Shown here piece after piece: positions 9,179 through 19,563 of a DNA stretch of 64,000 bases; position 1 is the stretch's first letter; the number at the start of each line of letters is the position of its first letter. Under the pieces are notes generated by a model, which worked only from the letters and a program-made list of their open reading frames with translations, was not told where the DNA came from and made no database searches. Position numbers and translations under genes: made by a program. Origin of the DNA: an uncultured Candidatus Rokubacteria bacterium (GTDB lineage Bacteria; Methylomirabilota; Methylomirabilia; Rokubacteriales; DASRDR01). The stretch spans positions 960,001-1,024,000 of the forward strand of contig CAWGVS010000005.1 in the NCBI GenBank assembly GCA_963826115.1, written 5' to 3'.

Positions 9179-10271
9179 CGGATTCCTCCTTGGCGGCCCG
9201 GAGGGCCTCTACCGCCTCGTCCCGTCCCCCCGCCCCGCGCCGGGCGACGCCTCGCTCCCGGCTACCGAGAGGATGGCCTTCACGCCCTGGCGCGACAGCA
9301 CGAACTCGAACGCCTCCTGAGCTTGGTCGAGCGGGAACACGTGGGCCGTGAGCGGCTCGACGTCCACGCCGTCCCTGGGCCAGAAGGCCCAGGGCGCGCT
9401 GATACTCCCGGTACGAGTAACAGATCGCCCCCATCAGGTGCAACTCCCCCCGGACGGCGGGCTCGAGATCGACCTGGACCTGCTTGTGGACGGTCAGCAG
9501 CACCACCGAGCCGCCCTTCCGCGCCATGCCGATGGCCTGCCCGAGCGCCTCGGCGTTGCCGGCGGCCTCGTAGACGAAGTCCGCCCCCCCGTCCGTCAGC
9601 TCGCGGACGGCGGCCACCGCGTCGCGCTGGCGCAGGTTGACGACCTCGTCGGCCCCCATGGCCCGGGCCAGCGCCAGCCGGTCGTCGCGGGTCCCGATGA
9701 CGACCACCCGGGCCCGGAGGATGCGCTTGATCACCTGGGTCGCAAAGAGCCCCATCTGGCCGGGACCCAGGACGGCCACCCACGACCCGGAGGTGACCGT
9801 GATCATCTCGAGGCCACGGATGACGCAGGCGAGCGGGTCCGCCAGCACGGCCGCCTCGTAGGATAGCCCCGGCGGCAGCAGGTGGACGTTGCGCGCCGGG
9901 ACGGCGACGAATTCGGTCATGCCCCCGTCGACGGTGACCCCGAGCTCCTCGAGTTTCTCGCAAAGGTTCACCCGGCCGACCTTGCAGTGGCGGCAGATGC
10001 CGCACCCGATGCAGATCTCGACCGCCACCGGCACGCCGAGCGGGATATCGGTGACCCGCTCCCCCACCGCGACGACGTCGCCGGCGATCTCGTGACCGAT
10101 GACGAAGCGGCGGCGCCGCGCCAGGTTCACCTCGGTGTAGATGCGCTGGTCGCTCCCGCAGATGCCGGCCATCCGCACGCGCACGAGCACCTCCCACGGC
10201 CCCACCGTGGGGACGGGGACGTCCTCGAGCACGATGCCGCGCTTGGCCGGATCCTTGACGACGGCGAGCAT
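9160..10271 (-). CDS. Zn-dependent alcohol/threonine dehydrogenase-like protein, frameshifted near the 3' end
   Basis: GICGSD, GHE, CGICRHC..C, GPGQMG. The conserved C-terminus VDVEPLTAHVFPLDQAQEAF..KAIL lies in another frame after about 9370; true end uncertain (9262 or 9160). Confidence 0.8.
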
Positions 10272-10284
10272 GCGGCGCAGTCCC

Positions 10285-11280
10285 CTAGAGCGAGCTCGCG
10301 TACCGCTGCCGCTCGAGCAGCCGCGCCGCCTCGCGCGCGAAGTAGGTGATGATCAGGTCCGCGCCGGCGCGCCGGATCGCCGTGAGGGCTTCCAGCATGC
10401 AGCGCTCCTCGTCGAGCCAGCCGAGGCGGGCGGCGGCCTTGATCATCGCGTACTCCCCCGACACCGAGTACGCCGCCAGCGGGAGCCCGAACTCCTGGCG
10501 CACGCGGGCGATGACATCGAGATACGGCAAGGCCGGCTTGACCATGACGATGTCGGCGCCCTCGTCGACGTCGAGTCCGACCTCGCGCAGGGCTTCCGAT
10601 GCGTTCGCGGGGTCCATCTGGTACGACCGACGGTCGCCGAACTGCGGCGCGGACTCGGCGGCCTCGCGGAAGGGGCCGTAGAAGGCCGACGCGTACTTCG
10701 CCGAGTACGCCATGATGGGCGTCTCGGTGTAGCCGGCCTCGTCGAGGGCCTCCCGGATCGCGCCGACGCGCCCGTCCATCATGTCGGACGGCGCGACCAC
10801 GTCCGCCCCCGATTCCATGTGCGAGAGCGCGACCCGCGCCAGGAGCTCCACGCTGGCGTCGTTCTTGACCCGGCCGTCCTCGACGAGACCGCAGTGCCCG
10901 TGGCTCGTGTACTGGCAGAGGCACACGTCGGTGATGACCAAGAGGTCCGGGATCGTCTCCTTCACCGCGCGGGCGGCCTGCTGGACGATGCCGTCCTCCG
11001 CGTAGGCCTCGGAGCCCCGGGGGTCCTTGCTCTGGGGCACGCCGAACAGCAGCACCGCGGGGATGCCCATGCTGGCCGCGTCCTTGGCTTCCTTCAGGAG
11101 CTCGTCGAGGGACAGGCGGGCCACGCCCGGCATCGACTCGACCGGGTCCCGCACGCCGCGGCCGTGGACCGCGAAGAGGGGCAGGATGAGGTTGTCGACG
11201 CCGAGTCTCGTCTCGCGCACCATGCGGCGGATCAGCGGCGACTCGCGGAGCCGTCGCGGGCGATACAGGGGATGGGCCAT
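10285..11280 (-). CDS. hemB: Porphobilinogen synthase (ALA dehydratase)
   Basis: [52 protein letters not shown]. Confidence 0.97.
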   Translation of the reverse strand: MAHPLYRPRRLRESPLIRRMVRETRLGVDNLILPLFAVHGRGVRDPVESMPGVARLSLDELLKEAKDAASMGIPAVLLFGVPQSKDPRGSEAYAEDGIVQQAARAVKETIPDLLVITDVCLCQYTSHGHCGLVEDGRVKNDASVELLARVALSHMESGADVVAPSDMMDGRVGAIREALDEAGYTETPIMAYSAKYASAFYGPFREAAESAPQFGDRRSYQMDPANASEALREVGLDVDEGADIVMVKPALPYLDVIARVRQEFGLPLAAYSVSGEYAMIKAAARLGWLDEERCMLEALTAIRRAGADLIITYFAREAARLLERQRYASSL

Positions 11281-11304
11281 GGAGTCCTCCTGCCTGGTCC
11301 CGGG

Positions 11305-12111
11305 TCAGTGCCGCAGCGCGGCCGGTGGTGACGTCGCGAAGTATCCGGCAATCGCGTCGGCGAGCGCCGGGACCGTGTATTCGTGGGGGATGACGCTGAC
11401 GTGGAGGCCGTGCTCGGCGGCGGTCTCGGCCGTGATCGGACCGATGGCGGCCACGACGACGCCGGCCAGCAGCCGGCCGGCGTCGCCCCGAGGAAGCTGG
11501 GCGAGGAGCCCGCGGACGGTCGAGGAGCTCGTGAAGGTCACGGCGTCGATCCGCCGCGCCTCGAGGAGCGCCACGACACGGCCCGCGTCCTCCCGCGCCG
11601 GCTCGGTGCGATACGCGGGCGCCACCGTGACCGGGACGCCCCCGGCCTCGAGCTCCCGGGGCAGCACGTCCCGGGCCTCGGCGGCTCGCACCAGGAGCAC
11701 CGTCTCGCCTGGCTGAACCCGCGAGAGCAGCTCGGCGACCAGGCCCTCGGCCCGATACTCCGCCGGGACCAGGTCGGGCTCCACGCCGTGCCGGCGGAGC
11801 GTCTCGCCGGTCTCGGGGCCGATCGCCGCCACCCGGATGCCCGCGAGGCTCCGCGCGTCGAGCCCCGCGTGCGTGAGGCGCTCCCAGAACGCCGCCACGC
11901 CGTTGACGCTCGTGAAGACGACCCAGCGGTAGGCGCCAAGCGATCCCACCGCGCGGTCGAGCGGTCCCCAGTCCTCGGGGGCCCGGAGCTCGATGGCGGG
12001 AAGCGTGACCGTCTCGGCGCCGTGGGCCTCCAGGAGCGCGGCGAGCCGGCTCGCCTGCGCCCGGGGGCGGGTCACGAGGATCCGGCGCCCTTCGAGCGCC
12101 CGCGCGCTCAG
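11305..12111 (-). CDS. hemD: Uroporphyrinogen-III synthase
   Basis: LEGRRILVTRP, FTSVNGV, AAIGPET, FTSSSTV, AIGPITA. Probable CTG start at 12111 overlapping the hemC stop, with GGAGG upstream; next GTG is at 12075. Confidence 0.9.
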   Translation of the reverse strand: MSARALEGRRILVTRPRAQASRLAALLEAHGAETVTLPAIELRAPEDWGPLDRAVGSLGAYRWVVFTSVNGVAAFWERLTHAGLDARSLAGIRVAAIGPETGETLRRHGVEPDLVPAEYRAEGLVAELLSRVQPGETVLLVRAAEARDVLPRELEAGGVPVTVAPAYRTEPAREDAGRVVALLEARRIDAVTFTSSSTVRGLLAQLPRGDAGRLLAGVVVAAIGPITAETAAEHGLHVSVIPHEYTVPALADAIAGYFATSPPAALRH

Positions 12112-13034
12112 GCGACCCTCCCGGTCCGGACGATGTCCGCGGCTCCGGCGTCGAGGAGTCGCGCCGCGAGACGGCGGCCGAGGGCCTCGGGCTCGTCGGG
12201 GCTCCCCACCTCGCCATCGCGGAGCGCCCGGGCCCCGTCGGCCGTCGCGATGAACGCGTCGAGGCTCAGCCCACGCTCGACCCGGCGTGCGTACCCCGCC
12301 AGCGGCGTCGTGCAGGTTCCGCCGATCGCCTCGAGGAACGCGCGCTCGGCCAGCGTGGCCGTCCGGGTCTCGGCGTCGGTCAGCACCGCGGCCATCGCGA
12401 GGATCTCCGCGGCGTCCTCGCGCGCCTCGACGCCGAGGGTCCCCTGCCCTACGGCGGGCAGCATCTCCTCGGGCTCGAGCACCGTCGCGCTGGCATCCAG
12501 GAGCCCGAGACGGCGGAGCCCGGCCGCGGCCAGGACGATCGCGTCGTACTCGCCCGCCCGAAGCTTCCGGAGTCGCGTGTCGACGTTGCCCCGGATCGGC
12601 GCCGCCACGACGTCCGGCCGGCGCGCCAGGAGCTGGACGCTCCGTCGCGGGCTCGACGTGCCCACGCGCGCTCCCGGCGGGAGCGACGCGATGCCGGTCG
12701 GACGGCCGGCGACCAGCACGTCGCGCGGATCCGCGCGCCGAGGGAACGCGGCCAGGACGACGCCCTTCGGCCGCTCGGCCGGGAGGTCCTTCAGACTGTG
12801 GACGGCGAGGTCCACGCGACCCTCCCGCAACGCCTCGTCGATCTCCTGGACGAACAGCCCCTTGCCGCCGACCTCCGCCAGGGGCGCGGTGGCGAGACGA
12901 TCGCCGGAGGTCCGGATCGGCACCAGCTCCACGACGAGACCGGGCCAGGCGCGCCGGAGGCCCGCCGCGACCTCCTCGGCCTGTCGCAGCGCCAGCTGGC
13001 TGCCGCGCGTGCCGATGCGCACACGCTCGGTCAC
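12108..13034 (-). CDS. hemC: Hydroxymethylbilane synthase
   Basis: RIGTRGSQLAL, GGKGLF, AVHSLKD, GTSSPRR, RGNVDTRL, GGTCTTP; GTGA overlap with ttcA. Confidence 0.95.
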   Translation of the reverse strand: MTERVRIGTRGSQLALRQAEEVAAGLRRAWPGLVVELVPIRTSGDRLATAPLAEVGGKGLFVQEIDEALREGRVDLAVHSLKDLPAERPKGVVLAAFPRRADPRDVLVAGRPTGIASLPPGARVGTSSPRRSVQLLARRPDVVAAPIRGNVDTRLRKLRAGEYDAIVLAAAGLRRLGLLDASATVLEPEEMLPAVGQGTLGVEAREDAAEILAMAAVLTDAETRTATLAERAFLEAIGGTCTTPLAGYARRVERGLSLDAFIATADGARALRDGEVGSPDEPEALGRRLAARLLDAGAADIVRTGRVA

Positions 13035-13888
13035 CGTGCCCCGTCCACCGCGGGGACCGCGCCGGCGAGCGCCCGGCCCGCGAGTCCGGCCAGGAGCGGC
13101 AGTGGATCGCCCGGGCGCACGCCGCGTCGGGTCGGGATCGGCAGCGACCCGAGATCGACCCGCCCCAGGGCGCCCAGGAGGCTCCGCTTCAGGCCGGGGT
13201 GCGTCCGCTCGAGCTCGCGGAGGAGCCGCTTCATGCGGTGGCGCTGGAGCGTCGGGTCCTTGCACCCGGGGCACGCGCAGCACACCACCGGGAACGCCCG
13301 CTCCCGGACATACTCCGCGATGTCCTCCTCCCACGCGTACACGAGTGGGCGGATGACGGTGTGGCGGCCGTTGGTGGCGCGAAGCCGGGCATGCATGCCC
13401 TTGATCTGTCCGTTGAAGAACAGGTTCAGGAGCAGGGTCTCGATGAAGTCGTCCGCGTGGTGGCCGAGGGCGATCTTGTTGCAGCCGAGCTCGTCCGCGT
13501 ACTTGTAGAGCGCCCCCCGACGGAGCCGCGCGCAGAGCGAGCAGAACGTCTCGCCCGGCTGGATCTTCTCCTTGACCGTCAGGTTGATGCGGGCGCTCCG
13601 CATCTCGTAGGGGTACCCCTCGCGGGCGAGGTAGTCCTCGATCAGGTCCGCCCGGAACCCCGGGAAGCCCTGGTCCACGTTGAGCGCCAGCAGGTCGAAG
13701 CGCACGGGCGCCCGCCGCTGGGTCATCCGGAGGAGGTGGAGGAGCGCCCAGGAGTCCTTGCCGCCCGACACGCCGACCAGGATCCTGTCGCCGGGCTCGA
13801 TGAGGCCAAAATCGCCGATCGCTTCGCCGAACCGGCTCGAAAGGCGCCGCTCGAGCCGCTGCTGGTCTTCGCTCACGCTGGTCGTCAC
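13031..13888 (-). CDS. ttcA: tRNA 2-thiocytidine(32) synthetase TtcA
   Basis: PP-loop SGGKDS, CSLCARLRRG, GHHADD, IRPL, second Cys motif CCACPGC; start 13888 or 13876. Confidence 0.9.
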   Translation of the reverse strand: MTTSVSEDQQRLERRLSSRFGEAIGDFGLIEPGDRILVGVSGGKDSWALLHLLRMTQRRAPVRFDLLALNVDQGFPGFRADLIEDYLAREGYPYEMRSARINLTVKEKIQPGETFCSLCARLRRGALYKYADELGCNKIALGHHADDFIETLLLNLFFNGQIKGMHARLRATNGRHTVIRPLVYAWEEDIAEYVRERAFPVVCCACPGCKDPTLQRHRMKRLLRELERTHPGLKRSLLGALGRVDLGSLPIPTRRGVRPGDPLPLLAGLAGRALAGAVPAVDGAR

Positions 13889-14054
13889 CCTCCCGGCAGG
13901 ATTGAAGAATTGTAGCGCCCCCCGTCCGGGCACTTCAACCGACGTTCCCCGCCCGCGGCGCCAGGGGGCCGGACCCTCACCGCCTTGGCGGCCTGGCCCG
14001 GCGGCCACTTCGAGCGTGGGACTCCGGTTGACAGCCGGGGCCGCCTCGACCTAA

Positions 14055-14828
14055 ATGGCGGGCGTGATGGATCCGACGTTCCGGCTCGACGGCCGGGTGG
14101 CGGTCGTGACAGGCGGGAGCCGCGGCATCGGCCGCGCGGTGGCCCTCGGCCTAGCCCGGGCTGGCGCGGACGTGGTCGTGGCGGCCCGGAAGGTGGCCGA
14201 CCTCGAGCCGGTCGCGGAGGAGGTCCGGGCCCTTGGCCGTCGCGCCCTGGCGGTGCCGGCCCACCTCGGGCGGCGCCCGGACGTCGACCGGCTGTTCGAC
14301 GCGACCCTCGAGGCGTTCGGGCGGCTCGACGTCCTGGTCAACAACGCGGCCACGAATCCGGTGTTCGGCCCGCTACTCGACATCGAGGAGGAGGCGTGGG
14401 ACCGGATCATGGCGCTGAACGTGAAGGGGTACCTCCTCGCCGCGCAGCGGGCCGCGCGCGCAATGGCGCCCCGCGGCGGCGGCGCGATCGTCAACGTGGC
14501 CTCCACCGCCGGGCTGCGCGCGAGCGCCGGACTCGGAGCCTACTCGGTCTCGAAGGCCGCGGTCATCATGCTGACCCGCGTCCTGGGCCGGGAACTGGCG
14601 CCGCTCGGGATCCGGGTGAACGGCGTCGCGCCCGCGCTCATCGAGACGCGCTTCAGCGAGGCCCTGTGGAAGAACCCGGAGATCCTGTCGACCTACCTCA
14701 AGAGCACGCCGCTCGGCCGAGCCGGGCAGCCCGAGGAGGTGGCGGGCGCCGTCGTGTACCTCTGCTCGGACGCGGCCAGCTACGTGACCGGGCAGACGCT
14801 CCTCTTGGACGGCGGCCACCTGGCCTGA
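14055..14828 (+). CDS. Short-chain dehydrogenase/reductase
   Basis: [17 protein letters not shown]. Confidence 0.9.
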   Translation: MAGVMDPTFRLDGRVAVVTGGSRGIGRAVALGLARAGADVVVAARKVADLEPVAEEVRALGRRALAVPAHLGRRPDVDRLFDATLEAFGRLDVLVNNAATNPVFGPLLDIEEEAWDRIMALNVKGYLLAAQRAARAMAPRGGGAIVNVASTAGLRASAGLGAYSVSKAAVIMLTRVLGRELAPLGIRVNGVAPALIETRFSEALWKNPEILSTYLKSTPLGRAGQPEEVAGAVVYLCSDAASYVTGQTLLLDGGHLA

Positions 14829-14842
14829 CCCCGGGGCCCTCC

Positions 14843-16518
14843 CTACCCGCCGACCGTCCCCAGCGCCCGTCGCTCCGGGCAGGTTGCGGCGACCAGGCGA
14901 ATCGTCCCGGCGGAGCCCTGCCACACGATCTCGTGCGGGCCCGGCGTGAGCGGGAGCCAGCCCCGCGTCGCCGGCGTCCCGTCGATCGTGACCTCGAGCC
15001 CCGGCGAGAAGAACAGGAGGTAGGGGCCGTCGGCCAGGAGGTCCGCCACCATGCGGCCGCCTCCCTCCTCCGCCGTCACTCTCCGCGCCGGCCACCAGGA
15101 GACCCGTCGGGGCCGGCGACGTAGTGCTTCCGGAGGAGATCCGCCACCGGGCCGACCATCCCGCGGATCCGGAAGTCGACGTGCGCGATCGGCGCGCGCG
15201 CTTGGCGCATGTCGCCCGCGATCAGTTCCTCGGGGATGACGCCCCGCGCAACCCACTCGCGCACGCCGCGGATCAGGGCGCCGTACCGGTAGGCGGCCGG
15301 ACGGAAGACGTACAGCGCCGTCCCGTCCAGCACGGCGTCGCCCGGACACGCCAGACGCAGCTCGCGCCGCATGAGCCGGAGGTCGGCGCCGTTCTGGTTG
15401 CGCACGGCGAACACGAGGGTCTCGCCGGCGGGCACCACGACGGCCAGGGCGATCGCCGCCACCGCGAGGGTTCGCCGCAAGCGCGTGGGCTCCCGGCGGG
15501 CCCATTCCACCAGCGTGGCGAGGGTGAGGCCGGCGTACACCGCCACGATTGGAAGCAGCGGCAGCCAGGCGTGCTGGTAGACGGCCGGAGTCCGGGGCCA
15601 GAACAGGACGAGCACGCTGGTCAGGGTCGGCAGGAGGAGGACGCCGTGCACGGGGTGAGCGAGGATCCCCACCCTCCGCACCCGGACCACGAGGGCGAGC
15701 CCCAGCGCGGCGGCCACGAACGCGCCGATCTCGCTCCCGAACACGGGCCACGTCTTGCCGAAGTCCACGAAGCCGACCGAGTCCCGCACCACGTTCTGGT
15801 AGAGCCCCCGGAGCGCCGGCAGACCGCCGCCCACCGCGAAGGCGCCGAAGAGCAGCGCCAGCACCGCGAGAAGTCCGGCCCCGACCGTCGCGATCGCTTT
15901 CACCGCCCCCGTCCACCCCCGGGCGCGCCACGTCGGACCGCTCAGCACCACGATCGCGATCCCGGGGAGGGCGAAGACCGCCTTCAGCGACAGCGCCACC
16001 GCGGCGCCCTGCCACGCGCCGGCCGCCCACAGCCACCGAGCCGCTCCTTCCTCGCGCCACCGCACCAGGGCGATCAGGCTCGCGAGGTGCGCGACGAGGG
16101 CCAGGACGTCGGGACGGGTCTCCGTCGAGGTCTCGGCGAACTGCGGGAGGAACAGGAGGACCAGCACCGTCCACACCGCGCCCTGGGCCGACAGGCGCCG
16201 CGCGAGACGCCAGGTCAGGACGACCGCCCCCGCCGCGGCGAGCGTCATGAGCGCGCGCGCCGCGAAGTAGACCTCGGGCCGCTCGGCGAGCGCCGCCGTC
16301 AACGGCGCCATGAGGTAGTAGAAGAACGGAAGGTGATGCTCCCAGAAGTCGCGGTAGGGCACCTGGCCCTGGGAGATCAGCCAGGCCACGTGGAGGTGCT
16401 GGCTCTCGTCCGGGTCGATCCGGCGGTTCAGGACGACGCCGGCCCGGAGGACCACCGCCAGGGCCGCGAGGGTGATCAGGACCCCGGGGGCGAGCCGACG
16501 CATGGCGAGGCGCATCAT
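14843..16518 (-). CDS. GT-C (ArnT/PMT-like) membrane glycosyltransferase, frameshifted near 15075-15105
   Basis: DPDESQH, PYRDFWEHHLP, ETRPD and many TM helices. The natural C-terminal domain (MVADLLADGPY..GPHEIVW) continues in another frame to the stop at 14843. Confidence 0.7.
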
Positions 16519-16566
16519 ACCGCGGCCGGCCGCGTGAACCACGCGGCGCGTCCTGTGTGACGCGTT

Positions 16567-17685
16567 CTACGGCACCACGGCAAGGAAGAGAAACGCCGCG
16601 AAGATCACGAGCTGCACCACCCCGAGCATGATGCTCGTCCGAGCTCCCGAGCCGATCCCGATCGTGCCGACGACGAAGGTCAGCGCGAGGAGCGCCATGT
16701 CCTTCGCGTCCAGGCCCAGGACGAGCGGGGTGCCCAGGACGAGGCACACCGCCACCACCACCGGGATGGTGAGGCCGATGCTCGCGAGCGCGGAGCCCAG
16801 GGCGAGGTTCATGCTCGTCTGCAGGCGATCGGCGAGGGCGGAGCGGATGGCCGCGAGGGACTCGGGCATGAGGACCAGCAGCGCGATCGCGACACCGACC
16901 ACCGCGGGTGGCGCCCCCGCGCGGCGCACCGCGGCCTCGATCACCGGCGACAGCACCTTCGCCAGTCCGACCACCGCCACCAGCGCCGCCAGCAGGAGCC
17001 CGACGCTCGCCCAGGCCTGCCCGGTGGTGGGCGGAGCCGCATGGGCGGACTCGTCGGCGACGGCGCTGTCCGGCGGCAGGAAATAGTCGCGGTGCCGGAC
17101 CGTCTGGAAGAACACGAACACGCACCACATGACGAGCGACGAGACCGCCACGAAGCCGAGCTGCGCTGACGTGTAGCGGGGACCCTCCGCGCTGACGGTG
17201 AAGGCCGGCAGCACCAGCACCAGGGTCACGAGCGTGGCGAGCGCGGCCAGCGCCGGGCCGGCGCCCTCGATCCGGAAGCTCTGCTCCCGGTGGCGCAGCG
17301 CGCCGAGCAGCACGCAGGCGCCGACCACGCCGTTCGTGATGATCATGACGGTGGCGTACATCGTGTCGCGCGCCAGCTCGGCCTTGCCCTCGCCCCCGGC
17401 GAGCATCACCGACACGATCAGCGACGACTCGATGGCGGTCACCGCCAGCGCGAGCACCAGCGTGCCGAACGGCTCGCCGACCCGGTGAGCCACGAGCTCC
17501 GCATGATGCACGGCGGCCACGACCGCGCTCACGAGCGCGAGGCCGCAGGCGAGGCCCAGGGCCACTCCCAGCGGCTGCTTCAGCGACACGACGAGCAGCG
17601 CCACGGCAAGGACCGGCACGATCACCGGCCAGCGGCGGAGAAGCGCGCCTGTCCCTCGGCGGCCTGGATCGACGGCGGCGGTCAC
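16567..17685 (-). CDS. chaA: Ca2+/H+ antiporter (CaCA family, ChaA-like)
   Basis: HHAELVAHRVGEPFGTLVLALAVTAIE, QTVRHRDYF, PESLAA..QTSMNLALGS. Confidence 0.9.
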   Translation of the reverse strand: MTAAVDPGRRGTGALLRRWPVIVPVLAVALLVVSLKQPLGVALGLACGLALVSAVVAAVHHAELVAHRVGEPFGTLVLALAVTAIESSLIVSVMLAGGEGKAELARDTMYATVMIITNGVVGACVLLGALRHREQSFRIEGAGPALAALATLVTLVLVLPAFTVSAEGPRYTSAQLGFVAVSSLVMWCVFVFFQTVRHRDYFLPPDSAVADESAHAAPPTTGQAWASVGLLLAALVAVVGLAKVLSPVIEAAVRRAGAPPAVVGVAIALLVLMPESLAAIRSALADRLQTSMNLALGSALASIGLTIPVVVAVCLVLGTPLVLGLDAKDMALLALTFVVGTIGIGSGARTSIMLGVVQLVIFAAFLFLAVVP

Positions 17686-18500
17686 GGGGCGGCCCGCGCC
17701 GAGCCAGCCCGCGCGTGGCGGCCGCCAGGGAAGAGCCTCCAGGGGTAGAGCACGCGCAGGAGGTAGAGCCCGTGGGCTTCAGCCGTGGGTCCGGCCGCCC
17801 GGCGGTCGCGCCCGGCCAAGACCTCCCCCACCCATTCGGGCGGGCGCCGCCCGAGCCCGACCTCGACCAGCGTGCCGACGATGTTCCGCACCATGTGGTG
17901 GAGGAAGGCGTCGGCCGAGATCAGGACGCCGATCCTCCCGACCCCCGCCGCCACGACCCGTGCGGCGCGAACCGTGCAGACCGGGTCGCGCTCGCGGCCC
18001 GGCGCCGCGCAGAAGGCGGAGAAGTCGCGCTTCCCGCGGACCGGTGCGAGGGCGCGAGCCATCGCCGATCGATCGAGGGTCCGTCCCACGTGGAGCGCGA
18101 GCCCGCGGAGGAACGGCGACGGCACGGACGTCGTGTCCAGGAGGTACCCATAGCGCTTCAGGCGGGCGGCCCGGCGGGCGTTGAAGCCCTCCGGCGCGCC
18201 GCGCGCGGCCAGGACGCGGACATCCCGGGGGAGCGTCGCGTTGAGGGCCGCCATCGCGACACGCGGCAGGATGGGACGGGCGCTCTCCACGCTCGCGACC
18301 TGGCCGAGCGCGTGGACGCCCGCGTCGGTCCGGCTCGCGCCGACCACCCGGACGTCGTCGCCGGCGAGCGGCCGGAGCGCCTCGGCGACCAGGCCCTGCA
18401 CGGTCGGCGCGCCGGGCTGGACCTGCCAGCCGTGGTAGGCCGTGCCGTCGTAGGCGAGCAGGAGGGCGAGGCGGGCGGACGGCGCGCCGGGGTCGATCGC
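17682..18500 (-). CDS. truA: tRNA pseudouridine(38-40) synthase TruA (start codon unclear)
   Basis: LAYDGTAYHGWQVQ, GASRTDAGVHA, FLHHMVRNIVGTL, AGPTAEAHGL; frame open from the asd TAG. Confidence 0.9.
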   Translation of the reverse strand, partial: AIDPGAPSARLALLLAYDGTAYHGWQVQPGAPTVQGLVAEALRPLAGDDVRVVGASRTDAGVHALGQVASVESARPILPRVAMAALNATLPRDVRVLAARGAPEGFNARRAARLKRYGYLLDTTSVPSPFLRGLALHVGRTLDRSAMARALAPVRGKRDFSAFCAAPGRERDPVCTVRAARVVAAGVGRIGVLISADAFLHHMVRNIVGTLVEVGLGRRPPEWVGEVLAGRDRRAAGPTAEAHGLYLLRVLYPWRLFPGGRHARAGSARAAP

Positions 18501-19517
18501 CTACCGGCTCGGGGTCACGCCGCCGAGCAGCTCCGCGATCTGCACGGCGTTGGTCGCCGCGCCCTTGCGGAGCTGGTCGCCCACGACCCAGAAGCTGAGC
18601 CCACGGTCGTGGGAGAGATCCTCTCGGATCCGCCCCACCACGCAGTCGTCCTGTCCCTCGACCGTCACCGGCATCGGGTACCGCGCCTGGTCCGGATCGT
18701 CCAGGACCCGGAGGCCCGGGAACCGTCCGAACAGCTCGCGCGCCCGCTCGACCGTGACCTTCTCCTCGGTCTCGACGGTGACCGCCACGGAGTGCGCGGT
18801 GAACACCGGCACCCGGACGGTGGTGGGCGAGATCCGCATGGCGGGCGCCTCGAGGATCTTGCGGGCCTCGTGGACCAGCTTCCACTCCTCGCCGGTGTAG
18901 CCGCCCGGGCCGAACTTGTCGATGTGCGGGATGAGGTTGAAGGCGATCTGGTGCTGGAAGAAGCTCGGGACGATCGCCTCGCCGCGCGCCCACGCGAGCG
19001 TCTGCTCGCGGAGCTCCTCGACGCCGCGGACGCCCGCGCCCGAAACCGCCTGGTAGCTGGTCGCCACCGCCCGCGTGACCCGGGCGGCGCGGTGGAGCGG
19101 CGCGAGCGCCATCACCGTGACCACGGTCGTGCAGTTCGGGCTCGCCACGATGCCCTGGTGCCCCTTGATGGCGTGCGCGTTGATCTCCGGGACGACGAGC
19201 GGCACCGCCGGGTCCATCCGGAACGCGTTCGACTTGTCCACCACCATGGCGCCCGCGCGGACGGCCAGCGGCGCGTGCTCCTTCGACTGCGAGGTCCCGG
19301 CCGAGAAGAAGGCGATCTCCACGCCGCGGAAGGCCTCCGGCGTCACCTTCTCGACGCGCACGGAGTCCCCCGCGAAGGTGACCGTCTTGCCCACCGAGCG
19401 CTCCGACGCGAACGCCCGGAGCTCGCGCACCGGGAACTTCCGCTCCTCGAGGATCCGGAGCGTCATCTCCCCTGCCGCGCCCGTCGCTCCTACCACCGCA
19501 ATCCGATGCCCTGCCAT
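18501..19517 (-). CDS. asd: Aspartate-semialdehyde dehydrogenase
   Basis: VVGATGAAG, PLVVPEIN, SPNCTT, SYQAVSGAG, RVPVFTAHS, DQLRKGAATN. Confidence 0.96.
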   Translation of the reverse strand: MAGHRIAVVGATGAAGEMTLRILEERKFPVRELRAFASERSVGKTVTFAGDSVRVEKVTPEAFRGVEIAFFSAGTSQSKEHAPLAVRAGAMVVDKSNAFRMDPAVPLVVPEINAHAIKGHQGIVASPNCTTVVTVMALAPLHRAARVTRAVATSYQAVSGAGVRGVEELREQTLAWARGEAIVPSFFQHQIAFNLIPHIDKFGPGGYTGEEWKLVHEARKILEAPAMRISPTTVRVPVFTAHSVAVTVETEEKVTVERARELFGRFPGLRVLDDPDQARYPMPVTVEGQDDCVVGRIREDLSHDRGLSFWVVGDQLRKGAATNAVQIAELLGGVTPSR

Positions 19518-19563
19518 TCCCGTCCTCCGGTCGCCGCCTGGCGGCGGACCCCGCGCTCCCGCC

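Noticed and set aside
16567-17685. Link between the Ca2+/H+ antiporter and calcium oxalate use
   Set aside because: It is about 8 kb from the OOR-like operon and in a separate housekeeping unit; nothing in the sequence connects them.
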